The position numbers were made by a program, and so were the translations under genes. A stretch of 50,051 bases of DNA from an uncultured Muribaculaceae bacterium (GTDB taxonomy: Bacteria; Bacillota_I; Bacilli_A; RF39; UBA660). This document shows, piece after piece, positions 20,427 to 28,905 of the stretch (position 1 is the first letter of the stretch; each line of letters begins with the position of its first letter). The notes beneath the pieces are model-generated. The model worked only from the letters and a program-made list of their open reading frames with translations. It ran no database searches and had not been told where the DNA came from. The DNA is taken from positions 1 through 50,051 of the forward strand of contig CAZNQV010000002.1 of NCBI GenBank assembly GCA_964575655.1. Reading direction: 5' to 3'.

Positions 20427-21121
20427 TTATTAAAGTATTAGCATCGGGTTCTAAAGGTAATTCAACTCTAATTCAAACAAAAAACGCTAATATCTTGATA
20501 GATGTTGGTTTAAGTACTAAAGAATTAGAAATTAGATTAGGAAATATCAAATTAGATAGTATTGATGCAATCTTAATTACACATACACATACCGATCATA
20601 TTAAAGGGCTACAAATAATATCAAAACGATACAATATTCCTGTTTATACAATAGAGAATATTTGTAATGAACAAGTAATTAAAGATATTCATATTACCGC
20701 TTTTAACTTATCACATGATACACCATGTATTGGCTTTATAATAGAAAATAATAATCAAGAATTAGTCTATATAACCGATACAGGTTATATAAATCGAAAA
20801 CTAATTCCAATTACAACTAATAAAGATGTTTATATTATTGAAAGTAATCATGATGAAAAAATGTTATGGGAGGGTACTTATCCTTATATTCTGAAACAAA
20901 GAATTAGTGATGATTATGGTCATTTGTCTAATGCAGCTGCTAGTAAATACATAAAAAAAGTAAAAGGTGATAAAACCAAATGTGTTATTCTGGCTCATTT
21001 AAGTGAAGAAAATAATTTGCCGGATGTAGCGTATGAAAATATGAAAAAAGTACTAAAAGATACCGATATTGAATTATTAGTTGCTAAACAATATGAAGTA
21101 TTAGATGATGTAAAAGTATAA
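20423..21121 (+). CDS. MBL-fold metallo-hydrolase (YycJ/WalJ-like)
   Basis: 'ILITHTHTDHIKG' (HxHxDH). 232 aa. ATGA overlap with the upstream M23 gene. Confidence 0.8.
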   Translation: MIIKVLASGSKGNSTLIQTKNANILIDVGLSTKELEIRLGNIKLDSIDAILITHTHTDHIKGLQIISKRYNIPVYTIENICNEQVIKDIHITAFNLSHDTPCIGFIIENNNQELVYITDTGYINRKLIPITTNKDVYIIESNHDEKMLWEGTYPYILKQRISDDYGHLSNAAASKYIKKVKGDKTKCVILAHLSEENNLPDVAYENMKKVLKDTDIELLVAKQYEVLDDVKV

Positions 21122-21142
21122 GTATATTCTTATACTTTTTTT
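21115..21142 (+). terminator. Rho-independent terminator
   Basis: AGTATAAG / CTTATACT stem (8 bp), 6-nt loop, then T7. Confidence 0.75.
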
Positions 21143-21154
21143 ATATAATTTATT

Positions 21155-22411
21155 ATGGTAAATAAGATTATATGGACAATTGCGATTGTTTTAATGGTGT
21201 TTAATGCAGGATATTTTTCAATTAAATTAGGACTACCTCAATTAAATATTAAAAATATGTTTAAGAATTTATTTAAAAAAGATAAAACTACTGGAATTAG
21301 TACTATTGATACTTTGATGATGTCACTAGCTAATAAAATAGGAGTAGGTTCTTTAGCGGGGATATCATTAGCAATATATATTGGTGGCCCAGGAACTATT
21401 TTTTGGATGTGGATAATTACAATTGTTGTGGCAATAAATACTTATTTGGAAAGTGGTTTAGCAGTTATATATAAAGAAAAAGATGGCGATTTTTATAAAA
21501 GTGGTCCATCATATTACATAAAAAAAGGATTAAATAATAAAAAACTATCAATTGTTTATGCAGTATTAATTATTTTTGCATATATCTTTTGTTTTCTTAC
21601 TATTCAGACTAATACTATTTCGGTATTAGTGAGTGAAATATTTGAAATTGATAAAATAATTATTTCGATAATTGTAACATTGATTTCAGCAATTGTAATT
21701 TTTAAAGGATTAAAAGTTATATCAGATGTTTGTTCAAAGATTGTACCTTTAATGGCAATTATTTATTTATTAACTGGTATCTATGTAGTTATAACTAATT
21801 TGTCTTTAATCCCTAGTATTTTTCAAACAATTCTTTATGATGCTTTTAGTATTAATGGAGTTAGTGGAGGAATCTTGTATACTTTTTATATAGGATTACA
21901 AAAATCAATCTTTGCCACTGAAGCAGGACTAGGAACTGGGGCAATTGCAGTTGGTGCGGGAGGTAATAATGATTATAAACAACAGGGATATGTCCAAATT
22001 ATTGGTATTTACTTTATTGGCTTAATAATAACTACAATTACGGCAATTATAATACTAACTAGTAATTATCAAGGCTTGGAACTAATTAATCCCAATGGTA
22101 TTGAATTAACAAAATATGCTTTTAATTACCATTTAGGTAATTTTGGTAATTATGTTTTATTAATTATTTTAATACTATTTGCCTTTTCTACTATTATTAC
22201 TGGTTATTATTATGGTGAAAGTAGTTTAAAATCATTAACTAGTAAAGGAGTCTTAATCCTAAAAATAATTACAGTTGTCTTATTATTTATTGGTGGAATC
22301 ATAAAACCTAATTTTATATGGGAGATAGTTAATATTTCGACAGCTTTATTAGCAATTATAAATATTTATAGCATTTATCAATTAAGAGATAGAGTTATTA
22401 AAAAAATGTGA
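21155..22411 (+). CDS. Alanine/glycine:cation symporter (AGCS family)
   Basis: 418 aa polytopic protein. 'IGGPGTIFWMWI' and 'ATEAGLGTGAIA' are typical AGCS motifs. Confidence 0.75.
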   Translation: MVNKIIWTIAIVLMVFNAGYFSIKLGLPQLNIKNMFKNLFKKDKTTGISTIDTLMMSLANKIGVGSLAGISLAIYIGGPGTIFWMWIITIVVAINTYLESGLAVIYKEKDGDFYKSGPSYYIKKGLNNKKLSIVYAVLIIFAYIFCFLTIQTNTISVLVSEIFEIDKIIISIIVTLISAIVIFKGLKVISDVCSKIVPLMAIIYLLTGIYVVITNLSLIPSIFQTILYDAFSINGVSGGILYTFYIGLQKSIFATEAGLGTGAIAVGAGGNNDYKQQGYVQIIGIYFIGLIITTITAIIILTSNYQGLELINPNGIELTKYAFNYHLGNFGNYVLLIILILFAFSTIITGYYYGESSLKSLTSKGVLILKIITVVLLFIGGIIKPNFIWEIVNISTALLAIINIYSIYQLRDRVIKKM

Positions 22412-22434
22412 TAAAATGATATTGGTGAAGTAAA

Positions 22435-23097
22435 ATGATTACTAAACAATGGGATAATCTGTTACAAGAAGAGTATAAAAAAGAATACTTTTTAAGTCTT
22501 ATGGAAAATATAAGAAAAGAATATAATACAAAAACATGTTTTCCACCAGCTGATTTAGTTTTTGCAGCCTTAAAGTTAACTGATTATGATCAAATAAAGG
22601 TAGTTATTTTAGGTCAAGATCCTTATCATGGAGTGGGGGAAGCAGAAGGACTTGCTTTTTCCGTTAGAGATAACATTAAAATGCCACCATCACTTATTAA
22701 TATATTTAAAGAATTAAAAGATGATTTGGGTTATGAATTACCTAAGACAGGTTCTTTAAAAAAATGGGCAAATGAAGGTGTCTTATTATTAAATAGTATT
22801 TTATCAGTTGAAAAAGACAAAGCAGCTTCTCATCGAGGATTAGGATGGGAAATGTTTACTGATGAAATAATTAGAAAAGTAAATGAAAAAAATACCCCGG
22901 TAGTTTTTATATTATGGGGTAATTATGCTAAAAGTAAAAAAGAATTAATAACTAATCCAATTCATTTAGTATTAACTGCTGCTCATCCATCTCCGTTTTC
23001 TTGTTATAATGGATTCTTTGGTAGCAGACCGTTTTCCAAAACAAATGAATTTTTAATAAAAAATGAAATTAGTCCAGTTGATTTTAAACTAGACTAA
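22435..23097 (+). CDS. ung: Uracil-DNA glycosylase
   Basis: 'VILGQDPYHG', 'GVLLLN', 'AAHPSPFS'. 220 aa. Confidence 0.95.
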   Translation: MITKQWDNLLQEEYKKEYFLSLMENIRKEYNTKTCFPPADLVFAALKLTDYDQIKVVILGQDPYHGVGEAEGLAFSVRDNIKMPPSLINIFKELKDDLGYELPKTGSLKKWANEGVLLLNSILSVEKDKAASHRGLGWEMFTDEIIRKVNEKNTPVVFILWGNYAKSKKELITNPIHLVLTAAHPSPFSCYNGFFGSRPFSKTNEFLIKNEISPVDFKLD

Positions 23098-23621
23098 TTT
23101 TTTAATATTTCTAATTCTGTTATCTTTCGAATATCAAATTTTTCTCGTTTTTTAATTTTAAATATTTTGCAAATTAAACTATAGAATGGTCGATCTAACA
23201 ATTTATTTAATAGACTAACATTACGATTATAATAATCTTTTAAACCAATTATATCCTCACTAGTGTCTGTTAATTCCTCTTTGATATCTATTATTTTTTG
23301 ATCTTTTGCTACTTTAGATTGTTCATCAATAATTTTATCAAATTTTGCCTGTATATCTTTTAAATTTTTATCCAATTCGAAATCATAATCTTCATTTAAA
23401 TTTTTATTACCTATTAAAGGTAACTCAATATCATATTCTTCTTTTAATCTCTTGCTAGCTTTATTAAAAATATTAACTTGTTTTCCTGATAGACTAGATA
23501 TATTCTTTTTAGATGTATCTATTTTATGAATAATATCTTTAATGTGATTATATTTAGTTATGAAAATTAATACTAAAATAATAATAATTGCAATTATACC
23601 AGTTATTATATATATTGTCAT
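23094..23621 (-). CDS. Membrane-anchored coiled-coil protein, unknown function (LemA-like architecture only)
   Basis: The only minus-strand gene. The ATG at 23621 is preceded by GAGGG and gives 'MTIYIITGIIAIIIILVLIFITKYN...'. That is an N-terminal TM followed by a charged helical region. The 3' end overlaps the ung stop by 4 nt. Confidence 0.55.
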   Translation of the reverse strand: MTIYIITGIIAIIIILVLIFITKYNHIKDIIHKIDTSKKNISSLSGKQVNIFNKASKRLKEEYDIELPLIGNKNLNEDYDFELDKNLKDIQAKFDKIIDEQSKVAKDQKIIDIKEELTDTSEDIIGLKDYYNRNVSLLNKLLDRPFYSLICKIFKIKKREKFDIRKITELEILKN

Positions 23622-23823
23622 AAACATCCCTCGTATTCTATTAAACATTATAACAAGAATTAAAATTGTTTTCAATAATATAAAAAGATAGCCACACAAA
23701 TTATTATGTGTGGCTATCACCGACAAAGGATATAACCTTTGTCATTAATATAGTATGTAGTTATTATAAAAATATACATATTATTTTAAAAAAATAAGTT
23801 ATAATTTATTTAGGTGAATAATT

Positions 23824-24576
23824 ATGATGATAGATACACATTTTCATATCCCAGATAATATTAATGATTTAGATCAAATAATAAAAGATGCTAAAGATAA
23901 TAATGTATTATATATGATTACGGCAGGAACAGATGTAGAAACTAATAAAACATTAATTGATGTAACTAATAAATATAATAATTTGTTTTTAGGATTAGGT
24001 TATCATCCAGAATATGCCGATAGTATTACAGATAAAGATATTAATTTATTAGAAGAACAAATTATTAAATATCATCCAGTTAGTATTGGTGAAATAGGAT
24101 TAGATTATCACTATACGAAAGATAATAAAGAAAAACAAATTAGTTTATTCAAAAAACAATTAGATTTAGCAACTAAATACAATTTACCAGTTGTAATTCA
24201 TTCAAGGGAAGCAACCAATGATACAATTAACATTTTAAAACAATATAATTTAACAGGAACATTACATTGTTTTTCAGGTAGTTTAGAAGTTGCAAGAGAA
24301 TATATCAGATTAGGATATTTATTAGGAATTGGTGGAGTTATAACTTTTAAAAATAGTAATTTAGGCGATGTAATAAAACAAATAGATTTAAATAATATTG
24401 TTTTAGAAACAGATTCTCCTTATTTGTCTCCAATAAGAGGTGAAGTTAATTATCCTAAGAATATTAAGATAATTAATAATTATATTGCAGAATTAACTAA
24501 TAAAGAAAATGATGAAATAGCAGAAATTACCAGTAATAATGCGATTAGATTATTTGACTTAAAGATTGATAATTGA
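23824..24576 (+). CDS. tatD: TatD-family metal-dependent hydrolase/DNase
   Basis: 'IDTHFH', 'IGEIGLDYHY', 'VIHSREA', 'LETDSPYL'. 250 aa. Confidence 0.9.
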   Translation: MMIDTHFHIPDNINDLDQIIKDAKDNNVLYMITAGTDVETNKTLIDVTNKYNNLFLGLGYHPEYADSITDKDINLLEEQIIKYHPVSIGEIGLDYHYTKDNKEKQISLFKKQLDLATKYNLPVVIHSREATNDTINILKQYNLTGTLHCFSGSLEVAREYIRLGYLLGIGGVITFKNSNLGDVIKQIDLNNIVLETDSPYLSPIRGEVNYPKNIKIINNYIAELTNKENDEIAEITSNNAIRLFDLKIDN

Positions 24577-24606
24577 TAGAATATAAAGATATATTGAAGG
24601 TGAAAT

Positions 24607-25206
24607 ATGAAAAATAATAATTTACAAGTAATTCTTACTTTTGTTGCAGGATTACTAATAGTTATTGGATTAGATATATTATATATACCATCAAGCTCAA
24701 CTAAAACAATTGAAACTAAGAGTATAACTAATGATAAAGCATTATCAATAGAACAAATGAAAGATAATTATTTTGTTTTAGAAAAGAAAACCTTAGAAAC
24801 AACTTTTTATAGTGATTTCTATGATGCTGTTAAAAATGCAAAATATGGTCCTACAAGTTTTAAGGGTAAACTAACACATTATGGACCTGATTGTGTTGGG
24901 TGTGGTGGTACAACAGCGTGTAGAGGGCAAAATGTTAGAAATGGTAATATTTACTATAATGATAAAGAATATGGAAAGATTAGAATAGTTGCAGCGGATA
25001 GATCATTACCTTGTGGTTCAATCATTAAAATTAATATTGATAAATATGATCCTGACGGTATGTATGCTGTAGTTTTAGATCGTGGTGGAATTATCAAAGG
25101 AGCTAAAATTGATTTACTTAAAACATCAGAAAAAGCAAAATCACCAGTAAGGACTATTAATAACGCTTCTTTCGACATTATTCGACTAGGATATGCAAAA
25201 AAATAA
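24607..25206 (+). CDS. 3D-domain (double-psi beta-barrel, MltA/YabE C-terminal-like) cell-wall protein
   Basis: N-terminal TM. The C-terminal 'YGPDCVGCGGTTACRGQ...RIVAADRSLPCGSIIKI...AVVLDRGGIIKGAKIDL' resembles the 3D domain. It sits where yabE follows tatD (yabD) in Bacillus. Confidence 0.7.
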   Translation: MKNNNLQVILTFVAGLLIVIGLDILYIPSSSTKTIETKSITNDKALSIEQMKDNYFVLEKKTLETTFYSDFYDAVKNAKYGPTSFKGKLTHYGPDCVGCGGTTACRGQNVRNGNIYYNDKEYGKIRIVAADRSLPCGSIIKINIDKYDPDGMYAVVLDRGGIIKGAKIDLLKTSEKAKSPVRTINNASFDIIRLGYAKK

Positions 25207-25214
25207 AAAAAATT

Positions 25215-25246
25215 AGTGCTAAAAAGATTGTAAAGCACTTTTTTTT
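25215..25246 (+). terminator. Rho-independent terminator
   Basis: AGTGCT / AGCACT stem, 13-nt loop, then T8. Confidence 0.55.
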
Positions 25247-25280
25247 ATGATATATTTATTATCGTAAGGAGGTAAGATAA

Positions 25281-25907
25281 ATGTTAAACGAAGGAAAGTC
25301 TAGACAAGTGCTACTATCAGTACTAGGTGTTGCAATTCTAGTAGTGGCAGTAGTAGGTATTTCGTATGCTGCATTTACAGTAGGAGGAACTGCAAACACT
25401 AATACTATTAGTACTGCAACTATTACTATGGCATATGCACAACCTACAAATGGTATTTACATTAATAATGCATTACCAATGGATGAAACTGCTGGTAAAG
25501 GACAAAATACTTGCACCAGTTCAACTGATTGTACTGTATTTGATTTTACTGTTACAGCTTCAGCTTCAGCAGCAGTTAATATACCATATACGATTAGTGT
25601 AACAGAAGTTTCTGGTAATACAATTCCTGATGCAAATGTTAGAGTTTATTTAACAAACATGAATGGTGATGCAGACACAGAAATTGTATATGATACTGTA
25701 GATCATTTGACTGCATATACTGGTCATAGCAGAACAAATTCTTATACTTTGACTACAGGTACATATGCAGTAGTTGCTGGAACACCTACTGTCAATGAAT
25801 ATCGTTTAAGAATGTGGTTAGATGCAGATTATGTTCCACCAACTGGAACAGCTGCAGTATATAAACTTCTTGTTAATGTAGATGCAGATGCTACACCATT
25901 ATCTTAA
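25281..25907 (+). CDS. Secreted Thr/Ala/Gly-rich protein with a SipW-class signal peptide, TasA-like module (paralogue 1)
   Basis: 208 aa with a perfect AAGGAGGT RBS. The signal anchor ends in 'VVGISYA|AFTVGG'. Module motifs: 'NTISTATITMAY', 'FDFTVTA', 'VRVYLT', 'EYRLRMWLDADY', 'YKLLVNVDA'. Confidence 0.75.
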   Translation: MLNEGKSRQVLLSVLGVAILVVAVVGISYAAFTVGGTANTNTISTATITMAYAQPTNGIYINNALPMDETAGKGQNTCTSSTDCTVFDFTVTASASAAVNIPYTISVTEVSGNTIPDANVRVYLTNMNGDADTEIVYDTVDHLTAYTGHSRTNSYTLTTGTYAVVAGTPTVNEYRLRMWLDADYVPPTGTAAVYKLLVNVDADATPLS

Positions 25908-25962
25908 TATTTTAGCCAATATTTATAATAATTTTTAAAATCTATAAAGGAGGAATAGTAAA

Positions 25963-26631
25963 TTGGAAAAGAATAATTCAAAGCAAATAGTGCTTTCAAT
26001 ATTAGCGGTAGTTGTATTAGTAATCGCTGTTGTTGGAGTATCATTCGCTATGTATACATTTAGTGGAACAGGTACTAAAGAAAATACAATTAATACTGCA
26101 ACTCTTAGTATTACATATAGTGAAGAAACATATATAAATCTTACAAATCAGTTTCCACAAGCAGATAGCCGCGGTTTTGCACTTGATCGTGAAACACCAG
26201 CTTCATCTACTGCAACTGCAGGAGCTGTATTAGAGTTTTCAGTACAATTAGCAACTAGTATACCAACTACTGTAAACTATGATGTTAACTTTGATGCTGT
26301 TGTTAATGGTACAACTTTAACAACTGATTATATTAAATTATATGTAACAACAGTTAGTGGTGCAACCGAAACCCCATACACAGGATTCGGAACTACTGGT
26401 TCACCTACTGCTAAACTTATGAATTTATATTATGATGTTGATCCAGCAGTAGATTTACCTATTATTGAAGGTACGTTTAGTGCAGAAGGAACACATACTT
26501 ATGTAATTCGTGCTTGGGTAAGTGATGCATATGATTTACCAACAACTGATAATACTTCTGGTGCTACAATTGGTAACACAACAACAACTGATACTATAAC
26601 ATTTAAGCTTAAAGTATCTGCAACAGACTAA
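25963..26631 (+). CDS. Secreted Thr/Ala/Gly-rich protein with a SipW-class signal peptide, TasA-like module (paralogue 2)
   Basis: 222 aa. TTG start 7 nt after AAAGGAGGA. 'VVGVSFA|MYTFSG', 'NTINTATLSITY', 'LEFSVQL', 'IKLYVT', 'HTYVIRAWVSDAY', 'FKLKVSAT'. Confidence 0.75.
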   Translation: MEKNNSKQIVLSILAVVVLVIAVVGVSFAMYTFSGTGTKENTINTATLSITYSEETYINLTNQFPQADSRGFALDRETPASSTATAGAVLEFSVQLATSIPTTVNYDVNFDAVVNGTTLTTDYIKLYVTTVSGATETPYTGFGTTGSPTAKLMNLYYDVDPAVDLPIIEGTFSAEGTHTYVIRAWVSDAYDLPTTDNTSGATIGNTTTTDTITFKLKVSATD

Positions 26632-26644
26632 TGAAGTATAAATT

Positions 26645-26671
26645 AGACTTATTTACATAAGTCTTTTTTTT
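26645..26671 (+). terminator. Rho-independent terminator after paralogue 2
   Basis: AGACTTA / TAAGTCT stem (7 bp), 6-nt loop, then T8. Confidence 0.8.
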
Positions 26672-26690
26672 ATGATATTTATGTTTATTT

Positions 26691-26719
26691 TTGATAATTT
26701 TTGTGATACTATTTATTAT
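26691..26719 (+). promoter_or_regulatory. Sigma-A-type promoter candidate for the LysM-paralogue/sipW operon
   Basis: TTGATA (26691-96), a 17-nt spacer, then TATTAT (26714-19). Confidence 0.5.
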
Positions 26720-26749
26720 AGAGAATACTATAGAAAGGGTGTATCATTT

Positions 26750-27517
26750 ATGTTTAGTAAAAAGAAAGATAATGATGATGATTATATAATTTATATTGTG
26801 CAAGAAAACGATACTCTTAATAGTATTGCTAATAAGTATGATGTGACAGTTAAATCAATTATGAAAATTAATGAATTAGAAGACGAAAATATTGTTGTTG
26901 GTCAGCAATTGTATATTGAAAGAACAAAAGATGCGATACCTATATTTTTATTAGTGCTTATGTTGTTAGCGTTAATTGCAGGAGCATCTTTTATTACATT
27001 TGCAATTACTGATTATTTTTCTAATCAAGGTGGCGGTGGACCTAATAATATTGATGTCGGAACTGTTATTTTTTCATTTAGTGAATCCGATAATGCGATT
27101 AGTATTGTTGATGCTTATCCAACATCTGATATGGTTGGTAAGACATTAAGTGGCGATGATCAATACTTTGATTTTACTGTATCTTTTCAATTTAGTGAAG
27201 AAGCAGAAAAAGTTGTTTATGAAATTAATTTAATTGAATCGGCTATTAGTGGAACAAAACTTGATCCTAAATTTGTTAAAGTTTATTTAGAAGAAAATGG
27301 AAGCGCAGCTACTGGTTTTACGAATACAGTACCATTATTTAGTGAATTGCAAGATAGCAAATATCGTCAAGACACGAAAGTTTTATATACTAAAGAGATT
27401 ACTACAACGCAAACCAATTCATATCGTTTTAGAATGTGGGTTGCTGAAGGATATAATGTTGATGAAGTAGTTAGAATATTTAAATGCTTAATTAATGTAG
27501 ATGGTTATGTAGAATAA
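26750..27517 (+). CDS. LysM domain, TM/signal anchor, then TasA-like module (paralogue 3)
   Basis: The ATG at 26750 is preceded by AAAGGGTG. LysM 'YIVQENDTLNSIANKYDVTVKSIMKINELEDENIVVGQQLYI'. Hydrophobic helix ending in 'GASFITFA|ITDYFS'. Module motifs 'NIDVGTVIFSF', 'FDFTVSF', 'VKVYLEE', 'NSYRFRMWVAEGY', 'FKCLINVDG'. Confidence 0.7.
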   Translation: MFSKKKDNDDDYIIYIVQENDTLNSIANKYDVTVKSIMKINELEDENIVVGQQLYIERTKDAIPIFLLVLMLLALIAGASFITFAITDYFSNQGGGGPNNIDVGTVIFSFSESDNAISIVDAYPTSDMVGKTLSGDDQYFDFTVSFQFSEEAEKVVYEINLIESAISGTKLDPKFVKVYLEENGSAATGFTNTVPLFSELQDSKYRQDTKVLYTKEITTTQTNSYRFRMWVAEGYNVDEVVRIFKCLINVDGYVE

Positions 27518-27530
27518 AAAGGGAGATTAT

Positions 27531-28223
27531 ATGAGAACAGTAAGGCTAATTTTCAAAATAATAGGCAAAGCAATAATGGCATTTTTGATTATTGTTATAG
27601 TTTGTTTGGCAGCATATGTAATTACAATTAAAGTGATGCAAAAAAAAGGGCAACTTGATAAATTGCCAATAAATATATATGTTATTCTTACGCAGAGCAT
27701 GCATCCAACAATAAAAGCAGGCGATATGATTGTTGATTATCGAAATCAAGATGGATTATATAATGTTGGAGATATTATTACCTTTGTATCAAGTGATAAA
27801 TTTAGTAATGGTGTTACTATAACTCACAGGATTGTTGAAATATTAGATTCTGGTGATAAGATAATGTATCGTACGAAAGGTGATAGTAACAGCACAGCCG
27901 ATCCGACACCTACGCCAAAGGAAAATGTAATAGGTAGAGTGCTATTTAAAATACCTAAAGTGGGATTCATACAACAGTTTTTAGTTACTAAAACTGGTTG
28001 GATAGTAGCAATTGTATTGCCTTGCATGGGAATAATTGTATTTGATATTGTAAAATTATTTACAAGAAGACCTAAAAAGATTAAAGTTGAACCAGAAAGG
28101 TCTGTTATTATTCAACCAAGTCTAGCACAGGAAGACACAGAGAAAACGAAAGAGATTATTGTGAAAAATGAAAATGTAGAAAGGGTTGAAGAGGATGAAG
28201 ACGATTTTTGGGGAATTAATTAG
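27531..28223 (+). CDS. sipW: Signal peptidase I, SipW (archaeal/ER Sec11) type
   Basis: 230 aa. N-terminal TM, 'ILTQSMHPTIKAGDMIV' (catalytic Ser box), 'ITHRIVE' (His box), 'YRTKGDSNSTADP'. A second TM is followed by a charged tail. The layout matches B. subtilis SipW. Confidence 0.85.
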   Translation: MRTVRLIFKIIGKAIMAFLIIVIVCLAAYVITIKVMQKKGQLDKLPINIYVILTQSMHPTIKAGDMIVDYRNQDGLYNVGDIITFVSSDKFSNGVTITHRIVEILDSGDKIMYRTKGDSNSTADPTPTPKENVIGRVLFKIPKVGFIQQFLVTKTGWIVAIVLPCMGIIVFDIVKLFTRRPKKIKVEPERSVIIQPSLAQEDTEKTKEIIVKNENVERVEEDEDDFWGIN

Positions 28224-28905
28224 AGAGATGATTAATTTGTTAGTAGGTGCGATGCTTGTTATCTGCCTATTAATGACGGGTTATTTAATATTTGCCAATA
28301 TTTATCATACAAAAGAAACGACTTATCGATATAATGTTGTTATTGCAGAAGATGAAACATATAAAACTTTTACTAATAGAGTTAATAGAATTGATGAATT
28401 AGTTTCAAAATATGATTACTCTAATATAGATAGTGGCTCTCAAAAACAATATTATGAAAACATTATTGCTATTATAAATAATTGTAATACCGCCTTTAAG
28501 TCTAGTAAGCTATATGCTTCTAACAATGTAACATCAGTTAGTACAAGAGATGTTTATGATTACTATGGATATTATAGTGGTACAATAATAAATAAATGTA
28601 TGGTAATGGAGATGACAAAACTAGATACTATAAATGAATTAAATAGTTTTAAAGATCCTTACTTTGATTCGGCAAAAGATTACATTAAGTTAACAAGGGA
28701 ACAGTTATCTAAAAATACTAGTTCTATGATATCAACATTATTTCAGAATAGTTCTTATTCATATATTACAGATGTTTCGAGGGATACAATATATAATCCA
28801 ACTAAAATGATGTTTTATCAAATGTTAAGTAATTATGATAGTTCTGCTAAATTAGTAGAAAAGTTAGCTGAATATATGGCGACTAAGTTAGGAGGGGTAG
28901 CATAA
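28195..28905 (+). CDS. Single-pass membrane protein, unknown function (sipW operon)
   Basis: About 236 aa. N-terminal TM 'INLLVGAMLVICLLMTGYLIFANIY', then a Tyr/Asn/Ser-rich, probably helical ectodomain. Overlaps the sipW 3' end. The start could be 28186 (TTG) or 28195 (ATG). Confidence 0.6.
   Translation: MKTIFGELIREMINLLVGAMLVICLLMTGYLIFANIYHTKETTYRYNVVIAEDETYKTFTNRVNRIDELVSKYDYSNIDSGSQKQYYENIIAIINNCNTAFKSSKLYASNNVTSVSTRDVYDYYGYYSGTIINKCMVMEMTKLDTINELNSFKDPYFDSAKDYIKLTREQLSKNTSSMISTLFQNSSYSYITDVSRDTIYNPTKMMFYQMLSNYDSSAKLVEKLAEYMATKLGGVA

Noticed and set aside
23622-23726. Upstream TTG start of the minus-strand ORF ('MSVIATHNNLCGYLF...').
   Set aside because: It would translate through a 12-bp perfect palindrome and has no RBS. 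The ATG at 23621 follows GAGGG and yields a normal N-terminal TM helix.
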